From: Bdellovibrionota bacterium
GTDB taxonomy: Bacteria > Bdellovibrionota_C > UBA2361 > JBGSMV01
DNA: 64,000 nt
Assembly: GCA_041739995.1 (NCBI GenBank)
Contig: JBGSMV010000026.1
Location: forward strand, 1-64,000
Direction: 5' to 3'
Part shown: piece by piece, positions 1 to 8,755 of the stretch
Position numbering within the stretch: the stretch's first letter is position 1
Layout: each line of letters begins with the position of its first letter
The notes under the pieces: model-generated
Told to the model about the DNA's origin: nothing
What the model saw: only the letters and a program-made list of their open reading frames with translations
The model's database searches: none
Position numbers and translations under genes: made by a program

Positions 1-600
1 GTCTCTCTGTGAGAGGTGCTCGTACCCAGGCACTCGAGCGTATGAAAGCTCTACCTCTTCTACAAAGTCCTTGATTCTTAACTTTGAGTTATACCGCTTC
101 GCTGCGTTATAGGCTCCCCAGTTCACCACCTTGTAGCGGCGTGTAATGCCCCAGACCGCATCGTGGAAGCAGTTATATCCGGGATAGTCCGAGATCTTCT
201 CCACCAGACCGTCTTGGACAGGTTGCAGCACTGTGTAGAAGAACTGGTTCTCTACATCCTCGTCTCCTGGAACGAACTCTTGAGAGTACCTCCGTCCCCA
301 GAACCTACCTCCTGGATACTCAGGGGTGTGACGCGGTACGGCACGAGCAATGCTCGAGTTCAGGTCTCGCATGTATGAAGCTCTATTAGGCTTCGGGAAG
401 TGGGCAGGGCTTTGAGTGTGATTGCCCTCCATGGCAAACGCATAGACAACTACGTCATATCGTTTCGAGTACTTAGCTACAAAGCCTAGAATAGCTTCTT
501 CAAGCTTCACGTTGTTTACAAACCACAGCTCGCTGTTACGTGCGCGCGTGGTCAGGAACGATGCGTACTCGCTCGTCTCTATTCTCGGATGATATCCCAT
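1..600 (-). CDS. RAYT-like / Y1 (IS200-superfamily) HUH tyrosine transposase, 3'-partial (runs off the window)
   Basis: Hand translation from ATG at 600: MGYHPRIETSEYASFLTTRARNSELWF...VVVYAFAMEGNHTQ...MRDLNSSIAR...GGRFWGRRYSQEF...FYTVLQPVQDGLVEKISDYPGY. Matches RAYT motifs (TxR, YAFxxMxNHxH, FWxxRY, YxxxNPVxxGLV). Open to position 1. Confidence 0.85.
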   Translation of the reverse strand, partial: MGYHPRIETSEYASFLTTRARNSELWFVNNVKLEEAILGFVAKYSKRYDVVVYAFAMEGNHTQSPAHFPKPNRASYMRDLNSSIARAVPRHTPEYPGGRFWGRRYSQEFVPGDEDVENQFFYTVLQPVQDGLVEKISDYPGYNCFHDAVWGITRRYKVVNWGAYNAAKRYNSKLRIKDFVEEVELSYARVPGYEHLSQRD

Positions 601-611
601 ACGTGGGAACA

Positions 612-638
612 TCATCGGAGATTTCTCAGTAAAGTTGC
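612..638 (-). promoter_or_regulatory. sigma28 (FliA)-like promoter upstream of the RAYT-like gene
   Basis: Minus strand GCAA-N15-TCCGATGA vs consensus TAAA-N15-GCCGATAA. Confidence 0.35.
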
Positions 639-756
639 TTCCAACCCACCACAAGGTCTCTGAGAAAATGGGATGAGCCTACTGGGGGATTTCTCTAGTA
701 TCTAGAACCCCCTAGAGCGGGGGAAGTTCATTCCTACGGAACGGAACCCTAGGCAG

Positions 757-783
757 GAAACTTCTCGAGAAATTTACCGATAA
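757..783 (+). promoter_or_regulatory. sigma28 (FliA)-like promoter
   Basis: GAAA-N15-ACCGATAA upstream of the 896 ORF. Confidence 0.4.
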
Positions 784-895
784 CGTGGCGTATCGCGCTG
801 TGAAGTTAATTTAGGAGGCGAATAATGGCGTGAAACCTGAAGCCGTTAAGTTTTGATTCACTGACAATCGACCCGAATTAAAAAAGGAAATCTAT

Positions 896-1192
896 ATGAC
901 TAACCCGCAAGTGTCCGTAACGAACGTAATTGTAACGTCTTCCAAGAGCGTAGGGCTGGCACTGATTCTTACCTTCTTCTTTGGGCCGCTTGGGATGTTG
1001 TACTCGACCGTTGCGGGAGCACTGATAATGTTTGTAGTCACTCTCGTCGCCACACTGTTCACCTTTGGCCTCGCGTTAATCATCACCTGGCCCATCTGCA
1101 TGATTTGGGGCGGACTTGCAGCGGCTAGTCACAATACTGCGCTGGAGCGAAGTGCTGCGGTGTTCGGAGCGGGTGCTTCTACCATTCAATGA
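896..1192 (+). CDS. small multi-pass membrane protein (TM2-like)
   Basis: KSVGLALILTFFFGPLGMLY motif followed by hydrophobic segments; AAGGA SD upstream. Confidence 0.7.
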   Translation: MTNPQVSVTNVIVTSSKSVGLALILTFFFGPLGMLYSTVAGALIMFVVTLVATLFTFGLALIITWPICMIWGGLAAASHNTALERSAAVFGAGASTIQ

Positions 1193-1255
1193 CAAGGGTT
1201 TGTCAGCGGCAGTTTCGCATGCAGAGCATAGCGTATAGTGATGTTTCCCCCATAT

Positions 1256-2620
1256 TTAGACCCCTTTGACACCTTCACTGCTTAGCCATCTATTGATGCG
1301 AGGAGCCCACCCATCAGAATGTGGTGTCCAGTAACAGCAAAGCCTGCGCGCCATTTCGAAGGTTATCTCTCTCGCTGCCCAGTGAAAGGCGCTCTCTCTG
1401 TCGCGAAACACATACAACGCACATACGCGCGGAGCGTCGACAAGATATAATGGCTCGGCATTTTTACGTGCAAGAACGAAGATAAGATTCTCCCCGATCT
1501 CCACACGATGCTCGTTGTCGGGTGGCGCATTAAAGCAGTGCTTCGGATCCGTGCTCTGTTTGCTGAGGCCTGACTGCGGACCATCGGTAGAGCTTTGTAG
1601 CTCCTTCATGCGACGTTTAATGACTTGAAGCGAATAACCGACTCCCTCCGATGGCAAAACGCCCTCAAGGTAACAACCCTCCAGGGCCTTGAGAAAGGTT
1701 CCCCATTCCTTTGCAGAGATGGCTCGAGCGAATCTTATAGAACGATTGAAATTATTCTCCCATTCCTCACCTGAAGGGCGGGTGCTCGGAAACTGTACAT
1801 ATGAGCCAGTCGTCAAAATTCTTCCGCGCCGAGAATCAGAAACCCACTGAAACGGATACTCATAGGCCATCACATCACCAACGCGAAGCTTGTTCACATC
1901 GATTGTGGATCTCCAAATCTGATCGTCAAGGGACAGGTGGTATCGGGGTGTGCCCCGTGGAAGAGCGTGGCTCTCAGAGTGCCCGAAACAGGTCGCGCGC
2001 AGTTGACTGGGAAGCGCTGGCAGATCGGTATAGTCCTTGCTCCAAGGAACGATAAAGCGAAGATGATGGGATCTGAATTGAGGCTCTCTCCAATGTAAAG
2101 TTGGGCCACGGTAGTTCAAACTTTCAGGAGGAGGGAGGCTTTCCAATATCTCTAGAAGGTACTTTGCAGGAGGTTTCGGTTTGGGCAAGTTATGATTAGC
2201 CTTGTGCAAAGTTTCGAGGAACGCATGCTCAAGAAGGTTGTTCTTAAATCTCGACCCTGAATAGATGTCGATTGCAACTTCGGAAGCGGACCGAGACGAG
2301 GTCTTAATAAGTCTCGGTTCGTGCGGGATAAACCACCGCTCCTCATTGCTTAGGGTAACGATGGTGAAGGGTACATTGTCTAATGCTTGAGCGCCTCCGT
2401 AGAGGGGAAGGGGGGCAAATCCCGAGAACGCGGAGGAAGGCCGATCATGATGATATATCGCGGTTTCAAGCGCACTTACCGATAGGGAAGCGAGCGCATT
2501 GTTCGCAGGGGGCTGTTTAAGAAACCGGCCGACATGTTTTCCTATACTTTCATCAGAAAGTGGCGCCCAATTTCCTCTAACAACTCGGGAAGAGTCCTTT
2601 GCTACTGTTAAGTCAGACAT
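1256..2620 (-). CDS. hypothetical protein
   Basis: 454-aa ORF with AGGAAG SD; no motif recognised. Confidence 0.65.
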   Translation of the reverse strand: MSDLTVAKDSSRVVRGNWAPLSDESIGKHVGRFLKQPPANNALASLSVSALETAIYHHDRPSSAFSGFAPLPLYGGAQALDNVPFTIVTLSNEERWFIPHEPRLIKTSSRSASEVAIDIYSGSRFKNNLLEHAFLETLHKANHNLPKPKPPAKYLLEILESLPPPESLNYRGPTLHWREPQFRSHHLRFIVPWSKDYTDLPALPSQLRATCFGHSESHALPRGTPRYHLSLDDQIWRSTIDVNKLRVGDVMAYEYPFQWVSDSRRGRILTTGSYVQFPSTRPSGEEWENNFNRSIRFARAISAKEWGTFLKALEGCYLEGVLPSEGVGYSLQVIKRRMKELQSSTDGPQSGLSKQSTDPKHCFNAPPDNEHRVEIGENLIFVLARKNAEPLYLVDAPRVCALYVFRDRESAFHWAAREITFEMARRLCCYWTPHSDGWAPRINRWLSSEGVKGV

Positions 2621-2993
2621 ACTTCCTAAAGACCCAAACAGGCTCAGCAGTGAATCTTAGGATGGAAGAAGCTGAAGATCAAAGTATCGTCTTAGCATGA
2701 TTGGAGAACCCCTAGAACGAGGAGGTGAATGCAGCAAGTCAGCCAATCCACAAGCCTCAGAGGACACTGAGCGAAGAGCTACGAAGCGGAAAGGCGTAGA
2801 GCGCAAGGAAATGGAGTTGAAAGAAGTGGAGCCGGGAAGTGGGAAGAAAAGGAGTAGCCGGTAAGGTGTGAAGAGGTTTCCTAAACCTTTGAACCGGCTC
2901 GGAGGCGGAGGATCTCTGAGCGAACCTAGACTCATTCTGCACCCGTGTTGTCGTCGGCTTGGAGGGTCTCTCCAGATTGGGTAACTGCGGGAT

Positions 2994-3073
2994 AGGAGCA
3001 CTTCCTCCTACGCTAGAGATACGGAGGACAAGCAGGTTTCGGTGCGCTTGTCCCGCCGAAGCGTTCTCGCGAA
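2994..3073 (+). mobile_element. tiny IS91-like transposase remnant carrying two REP-like palindromic insertions
   Basis: aggagcac[30-bp palindrome 3002-3031]gcaggtttcggtgcgcttgtcccgccgaagcgttct matches the 4273-4322 and 18287-18336 segments. Confidence 0.7.
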
Positions 3074-3123
3074 TCAGTGGACTGCGCCATCAGCAATACA
3101 AGTTCGCCAGGATGCCTGTGCTA

Positions 3124-3528
3124 TTAGTATCGTCGCCTGATGGCGGCGGCACCGAGCACGGCGCCAATACCCAACGCCACGACCGCCCCAGCTCCAAGCA
3201 TCTTATCTTTAAGCTCAGGACTCTTGAGCCCCAGGACATCCGGAGGAAGAATTTGGGGGTCGGTGCCGACTCCTTCCCAGTATGCCTTGCGCACTTCTGG
3301 GCTAGTCAGCTGACGAGCACCATCGACTTGCTTCCAACTCCCTGCAGACCCTGACTTCGGGCTGGTAGCGTCAGGTGAAGGAGCCACAAGCTCATTCAGC
3401 ACTGCAATCCCCGTAACGGCGGCAAGGCCAATGGCGATAGCTGGTCCATTTTTTTTAAGAGAATCACTCTGAGGAGGCGGTGCACCATTTACGTCAATCG
3501 TTCTTCCCTCTGAGTCCCGCGCGTACAT
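3124..3528 (-). CDS. hypothetical membrane protein (two hydrophobic helices)
   Basis: ORF track; AAGGGTGAGG SD; hydrophobic segments ending ...AAAIRRRY. Confidence 0.6.
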   Translation of the reverse strand: MYARDSEGRTIDVNGAPPPQSDSLKKNGPAIAIGLAAVTGIAVLNELVAPSPDATSPKSGSAGSWKQVDGARQLTSPEVRKAYWEGVGTDPQILPPDVLGLKSPELKDKMLGAGAVVALGIGAVLGAAAIRRRY

Positions 3529-4009
3529 AGCCTCACCCTTACAATTCCAATCTTAATTTATTGACTCCGGCCTAGCTCTCTTGGCACACCTTGAGCCGCT
3601 CCCAGTCCATACTGAGTTTGCTTTCTTGGTTATGGATGGAATTTTTTCTTCGGCTCCCATGCAGCAAGACTCATTCAGAAGGTTACTGAGGGCAGAAGGA
3701 CTCAGAAAACTAGAGAGGTATCGAAGTTTTTCGAGATGCCGAACGAGTGAAGACTCACCAAATAGGGACGACACCAAGGCGGCGCACGAGTCCATACAGC
3801 ATTTACGTATTTCGGGGCATTTGATATGTGGTTTCGCACCCTCGAAGCAGCAATGACAATGCGAAATGCAGAGCGTGAAACTCGCTCATCTTCCGAATTG
3901 CACGAGTTACGGATGGGTATGTTCCACGATCCTTCACACAGAGTGAGGGCTTTCATTGCGTGCGAAGGCGAAATGGAGATAGTCGCCAATAGACGAGGCG
4001 AGAGTTAGC

Positions 4010-4582
4010 GAGTGCGGTGCAAACCGTCCTTGGGTCGGATACTCAAACCTCAGCACTTATCCTTACTGTGCAGACCGCGGGTGAGGCGTTGAACTTCAAC
4101 CCACATCTCAATGGACTGCTTGCCGACGGCACCTTCGACGAAGCCGGAGTCTTCATCCCGTTGGCAGCTATCGATACTGAGCGCATGGCGGAGCAATTTA
4201 GGGACGGGGTTCTTGCTGCACTGGTCACCCGGGGGCTTATCACCGACGAGGTGCCGGCTCAAATTCTTTCACAGGAGCACGCAGGTTTCGGTGCGTTTGT
4301 CCCGCCGAAGCGTTCTTGCGAAGGGGGATGGGTAGGGGACCCGTTTACGGAGGAAGACCGCATTAGGTTTGTTGCGCGCTATATTGAGAGGGGACCGCTC
4401 TCGCTCGAGAAGCTTGAGATCGCCGACAACATCGTCGTGTACACCACCAATGACGGACGCACACACGAGTTCGATGCACTGGAATTCCTAGCGCTCATGT
4501 CGTGCCACATGAAACAATCCGGCGGAGTTAGAACTATCTCGGGTAGGTAACTCGATGGGTTAGATCGATTTTCCTATGCCCC
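4010..4582 (+). mobile_element. IS91/ISCR-family transposase remnant (copy A) ending in an oriIS-like terminus
   Basis: TVQTAGEALNFNPHLNG (HUH region, second His lost), RYIERGPLS, FDALEFLA; near-identical to 18024-18596; ends ...gatcgattttcctatgccc. Confidence 0.85.
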
Positions 4583-4613
4583 GCCTTGGTCTTTGGGTGT
4601 CCGAGTGTGTGCT

Positions 4614-5402
4614 TTATTTCGGAAGCTCAAGCTCCAAGTTAATTTTTGGATGAGTCCGATAGAGCCCTTTGATGGCTGCATAGACAGCTAATGCATCAGT
4701 TCCAAATAGCTTCTTTTCGAACGAAGCACCGACGTCGATAAAGCGCTCCGCCTTGAGGACTAGATCCTGCTTACCAGTCGTAGGGTTGTAGCCAGGCAAA
4801 ATGGAAAATCCCACTCCGGCAATGAATCCCTCGATAATCGAACCAGATCCAGAGGGATTCCTTCGGGCATTTACATACTCACGCGCTCCCGGATGACTCT
4901 TGCCCGGAACTTCCGCGAACCCCTCTCCGTCCCTGTTGCGCCCAAAACGATTTAGCTTTTCTTTATCAGCGAACAGGTCGTTAATCTTTTCTTTTAGACT
5001 ATCTACGGTAACGGTTGCATCAAAGTTAGCTCTTGCATCATTGACCGCCCCTTCTCTGGCGGCTTTTACCGTCGCTGCAATATCACGTGCAAGATAGTCC
5101 GGAAGCGTTCCAACTCCCCCTGAAAGCGTATTGACCGTCACCTCAGAACCGCCAAGGCCGAAACGAACCTTGAGGCTATCAAAGGGAGACCCCTTCACTG
5201 CGATGACCGGTATTCCATCACGTCCGACCTCTAGCGGTAACTTATCCAGGCCAGCCCCCGAAGCTCTTTGGGCCAATCTTCTCGCATTCTGTGCGTCATA
5301 TGCTGCATTTCTGGGCTTATCTAGAGTAGTAGAGGCCATATTGGATTCCCACAAGTAAAGGTTAGTCTGAACGCTAGAGTTATGACCCCCATACCCAGCC
5401 AC
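4614..5402 (-). CDS. hypothetical protein
   Basis: 262-aa ORF; true start may be MASTT. Confidence 0.6.
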   Translation of the reverse strand: MAGYGGHNSSVQTNLYLWESNMASTTLDKPRNAAYDAQNARRLAQRASGAGLDKLPLEVGRDGIPVIAVKGSPFDSLKVRFGLGGSEVTVNTLSGGVGTLPDYLARDIAATVKAAREGAVNDARANFDATVTVDSLKEKINDLFADKEKLNRFGRNRDGEGFAEVPGKSHPGAREYVNARRNPSGSGSIIEGFIAGVGFSILPGYNPTTGKQDLVLKAERFIDVGASFEKKLFGTDALAVYAAIKGLYRTHPKINLELELPK

Positions 5403-5528
5403 CTGCCGTAGCGCAGCGTATTCAAGAAAATGTTACCGAAGATTTATTGGGCGCTTGAGAAACCATCGTAGCAGCGGGCACTTAGCCCTGTACGCTCGGT
5501 GCATCCAAGCATGCTCGGCAAAGAATGA

Positions 5529-6323
5529 TTACTTCGGCAAGAACTCAGCCGCGACATCGCTCTTTAGACGAGTAAAGAAATCTCGCTCCCCCAGTACTCG
5601 AATCCCAGAAATTAGCTCGATGGGAAATCCCCCAGGGGCATGGACGCGCAGATCGGCGGGGGTGCCGTGACTTGGTTTGCGTGTGCCTGAGCGAGTATAA
5701 TCGCCGTCACTCACTTCAAATCTCTCTAAAACACTGCGATGCACGCCGACTACTACTCCTCGACAGAGCTGCGCATCGCGCTGGAGCGTCTTCTGATCCG
5801 CTGCACTCATTCCCAATTGATTTATCATCTTGGCGACCTGTGCATCGACAGTACCGGCAGAACGCTCGCTCAACTCACTCGCCACAGCCTTGTGCACCAC
5901 CTCCGACAAATCTAAGCCGAGCCTCTGAGCTACATACTGCAGAGATGCATTCGCATGCGCATAGCCTTCGGCATGTAGTAGTGCGTCATTGTCACTTTCA
6001 AAATTATGGATCTCAGGATGTTGGGCGAATGCCTCTCGTCGAGGAACAAAGTAAAGAAAGCCCTTTATGATGTGGCCAGCTTTGGGGGTAGGAAGAAGGC
6101 CGGTTGCCATGAGTGCGGCAATCGCCACGGAGCCTGTCCCGTGGAACCCGATGGTATCTGAATCCATGGGGAGCCCGTTGTCTATTAACCGGAGCACTTG
6201 CTCACGAAATGGGAGCTCTCGCTTTGGCGATACCACCCCTTCATGCGAATGCTGAACCGGACCAGGGCGTGGCTGAGAACCAAACATATTCATGCTGACG
6301 ATTATAGCGGTGAGGTATTCCAA
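5529..6323 (-). CDS. putative ADP-ribosyltransferase-fold protein
   Basis: IGFHGT...GLLP...GFLYF...AEGYA...GVVVGV pattern of His-class ART folds; start probably at 6293. Confidence 0.5.
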   Translation of the reverse strand: MEYLTAIIVSMNMFGSQPRPGPVQHSHEGVVSPKRELPFREQVLRLIDNGLPMDSDTIGFHGTGSVAIAALMATGLLPTPKAGHIIKGFLYFVPRREAFAQHPEIHNFESDNDALLHAEGYAHANASLQYVAQRLGLDLSEVVHKAVASELSERSAGTVDAQVAKMINQLGMSAADQKTLQRDAQLCRGVVVGVHRSVLERFEVSDGDYTRSGTRKPSHGTPADLRVHAPGGFPIELISGIRVLGERDFFTRLKSDVAAEFLPK

Positions 6324-6329
6324 AATGAT

Positions 6330-6356
6330 TTATCGGGCGCGCCTCATCGGAATTGA
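6330..6356 (-). promoter_or_regulatory. sigma28 (FliA)-like promoter
   Basis: Minus strand TCAA-N15-CCCGATAA just upstream of the ART-like ORF. Confidence 0.45.
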
Positions 6357-6513
6357 GACCCTACAAGCGCGGAATGCCTGATACGTCTCACATCAATGCT
6401 ACTTTCAGTGCCGCAGCCCCCATTCAGACCCGAGATTGTAGGGACGCCCCCTATCCGCAAAGTCCAGTTAGCCAAATTTGATGACTCTGTAATGGGGTAA
6501 TCTATAGGTGTCC

Positions 6514-6695
6514 GAGATCGCCGACAACATCGTCGTGTACACCACCAATGAAGGACGCACACACGAGTTCGATGCACTGGAATTCCTGGCGCTCATGTCG
6601 TGCCATAACTTGTCCCGGCGAAGCCTTGGCGGAGCGGGATTCCAAAACCCTACGAGTCTCTTACTCGCTACTACGGCTGAGCTCACGGCCGAAGC
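6514..6695 (+). mobile_element. IS91-like transposase fragment retaining the catalytic CH-IPKPYESLTRYYG region, interrupted by REP-like palindromes
   Basis: Near-identical to 4416-4506, then cat[32-bp palindrome]att cca aaa ccc tac gag tct ctt act cgc tac tac ggc. Confidence 0.8.
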
Positions 6696-7011
6696 GTATG
6701 ATGATTTTGTCGGAGCTGTCTCTGTCTCAAGGAACATCCCGCTTGATAAAGTGAAACGGTTTGCGGATGGAAGAATTATCCTTGGATCTACTGCAAAGGA
6801 AATTAAGCTGATCGATGAACTTGGTAGCATCTACGATGCGGCGCGAGCGGTGTTTGATATCCTTGGAACTCCCTTAGCCGAAGGTGAAGACCCCACGCTT
6901 ATGTATACCGACGATCGCTTTTCTGAGCTCAAACAAATATTCGAGTCCGCTACCTCTGTGCTTACGCGTGCGTCTGGAGAGGGCTTCCAACTGCGCTACG
7001 TGTTGCAGTAG
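6696..7011 (+). pseudogene. sppA: 3' fragment of signal peptide peptidase SppA (S49) fused to an IS remnant
   Basis: YDDFVGAVSVSRNIPLDKVKRFADGRIILGSTAKEIKLIDELGSIYDA is the S49 C-terminal signature; the catalytic N-terminal part is absent. Confidence 0.75.
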
Positions 7012-7320
7012 AGGCCTGCGCGCTGCATGGCGAGAGCATGCCCCGCATAATTCGTCCCGCTATGGACCTAATGATCGGGTCGTCTAAGACGCGGGCGATG
7101 ACTCGTCCCCATGCTACCGTGCAGTGGCAGAAATCTGAGAAAATCAAAGCCGTTGCCCGAAGCTTTGCTGCATAAAACAGCCGTAAATCCATAATTTGAA
7201 CGTGCCGAGAATATGTGGGGGAATCCGTAGCTTAGCCACAATGTGCCGCTATAATGGACGGCTCTACCCTGTCGTCCTGGTTGTGTGATGGGGCTCAGCA
7301 AGCGTTTAAGGTGGTAATTC

Positions 7321-8571
7321 GTGGGCACAGCTCATCAACACTCCAACTCCGGGTCGAACCCGAGTGCTCCAGACAAGGAGACGCCTGGCTCCCGCGCTCA
7401 AGCCTATAGCGCACTGCATGATCGAGCAGTTCAGTTCTTCCTCACTGCGGAGCCCTTCAATGAGATTGCCTACGATAACCTGGCCGCACTTCTCTTGCTA
7501 CGCGGTTTTGCTACGCCGTCGGGTCTTCATGATGCGGCGAATCCGATTCTCACAGAGAAAGCTCCAGTAGTGTTCGCACAGAATCTCAAAGGAGTGGTTG
7601 ACGCAGAGTTTTTGATTGAGTCGACTGGCAAAATTCCAGATGCGCTCGAATTCCTCGTTCGAGTAGGATTAGTAGCAAAGACTCCTCAAGGCGCATACTT
7701 AAAGCGGGCCACAGATTTCGAACCCACCGACCCGCGCCATGCAATCGTGCAAGATATACTTGCGTTGCATCAGCAATTTGTCGTTTCCAAGACTCCTGAA
7801 GTCTCTCCGACTTTGACTGTGGGTCTCGAAGAGCCGAGTCCGAAGGTACTAGGGAGGGTAACACGCAAGCTTGCGGCATCCCTTGAAACTGTGTCCACAC
7901 GACTGGGCACGCTGCTTGAAGATCCAGCAGATATGGCGCAAGAGCTCAGGCGTCTTATCTGGTGGTATGGCGAGCGAGGAAATCTTGCTACCGCGCCTGA
8001 CGCGTTGGCGAAAAGTTGGCGCAACATTTTCGAGCGTGAAGTTGAGGAGCATGAGCACGCGTTTAGAAATCAACTTGCCGCAGAGGTGCTTAAAGAAAGT
8101 CGAATGGATGAGAAAGCGCTTACGGCAAAGGTAGGCTCTAAAGTAGCGATCACGGGAAAGCTGCCGAAGCGCGTAGGACTTGCCTCGGAACGCCTGGGGG
8201 AGCTTAGTGAGGACGGCGAAACTGAGAGGCGGAGCGCATTTCACCAATACTGGAGCCAAAAAAATTTAGACCCGCGTGAAAGAAGGATTCTGCAACCCCT
8301 GGTCGAATTAAAGAGCACTGTGCCTAGACTTCTTCAGGCTGTTTCTTATGCGCAAGAGTCGGGAGCATATAGAATGCTGGACTACGCAGCAGCCACCGAG
8401 CCGCTTCAAAGACTCGCAGATCGCTTCGCGCAAATAGAGTTCACTGCAAAAGGGTTTGTGTTTCGTCAGAATTCAGCTGCTGAAGCCGTGAATATCCTCA
8501 CTGAGGAAATTGAACTTTTGCGCGCGGCTAAAGCCGCAGTTGAGCTAGTAGCAGACGTGCTTCCACGATAG
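7321..8571 (+). CDS. hypothetical protein (helical)
   Basis: 416-aa ORF; AAGGTGG SD before GTG. Confidence 0.65.
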   Translation: MGTAHQHSNSGSNPSAPDKETPGSRAQAYSALHDRAVQFFLTAEPFNEIAYDNLAALLLLRGFATPSGLHDAANPILTEKAPVVFAQNLKGVVDAEFLIESTGKIPDALEFLVRVGLVAKTPQGAYLKRATDFEPTDPRHAIVQDILALHQQFVVSKTPEVSPTLTVGLEEPSPKVLGRVTRKLAASLETVSTRLGTLLEDPADMAQELRRLIWWYGERGNLATAPDALAKSWRNIFEREVEEHEHAFRNQLAAEVLKESRMDEKALTAKVGSKVAITGKLPKRVGLASERLGELSEDGETERRSAFHQYWSQKNLDPRERRILQPLVELKSTVPRLLQAVSYAQESGAYRMLDYAAATEPLQRLADRFAQIEFTAKGFVFRQNSAAEAVNILTEEIELLRAAKAAVELVADVLPR

Positions 8572-8755
8572 GGTGTTGCGGCGAGCATCGAACTTGGTTC
8601 TTTTACAATATGACTGCGTGTAGACGATTGTTACGTCGCGACCTGATCGAGCTGAAACTCGCTCAGGTGACGACGGTGGGATTTTTCTAAGGTTTGTTCA
8701 TGTTGAACAACACACCCCGTTACTAGAGTTCCAAACTTCGGCGTGGCCGAAAAGG

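Noticed and set aside
163..378. 71-aa plus-strand ORF
   Set aside because: Antisense shadow of the RAYT-like gene on the minus strand.
2657..2990. Purine-rich stretch with short ORFs
   Set aside because: No recognisable motif or credible start; at most a decayed gene end.
3553..4008. Several overlapping short ORFs
   Set aside because: No SD, motif or consistent strand support.
6359..6450. ccctacaa / ttgtaggg inverted pair resembling a GTAG-type REPIN
   Set aside because: Only 8 bp, single occurrence and no clear internal palindromes.
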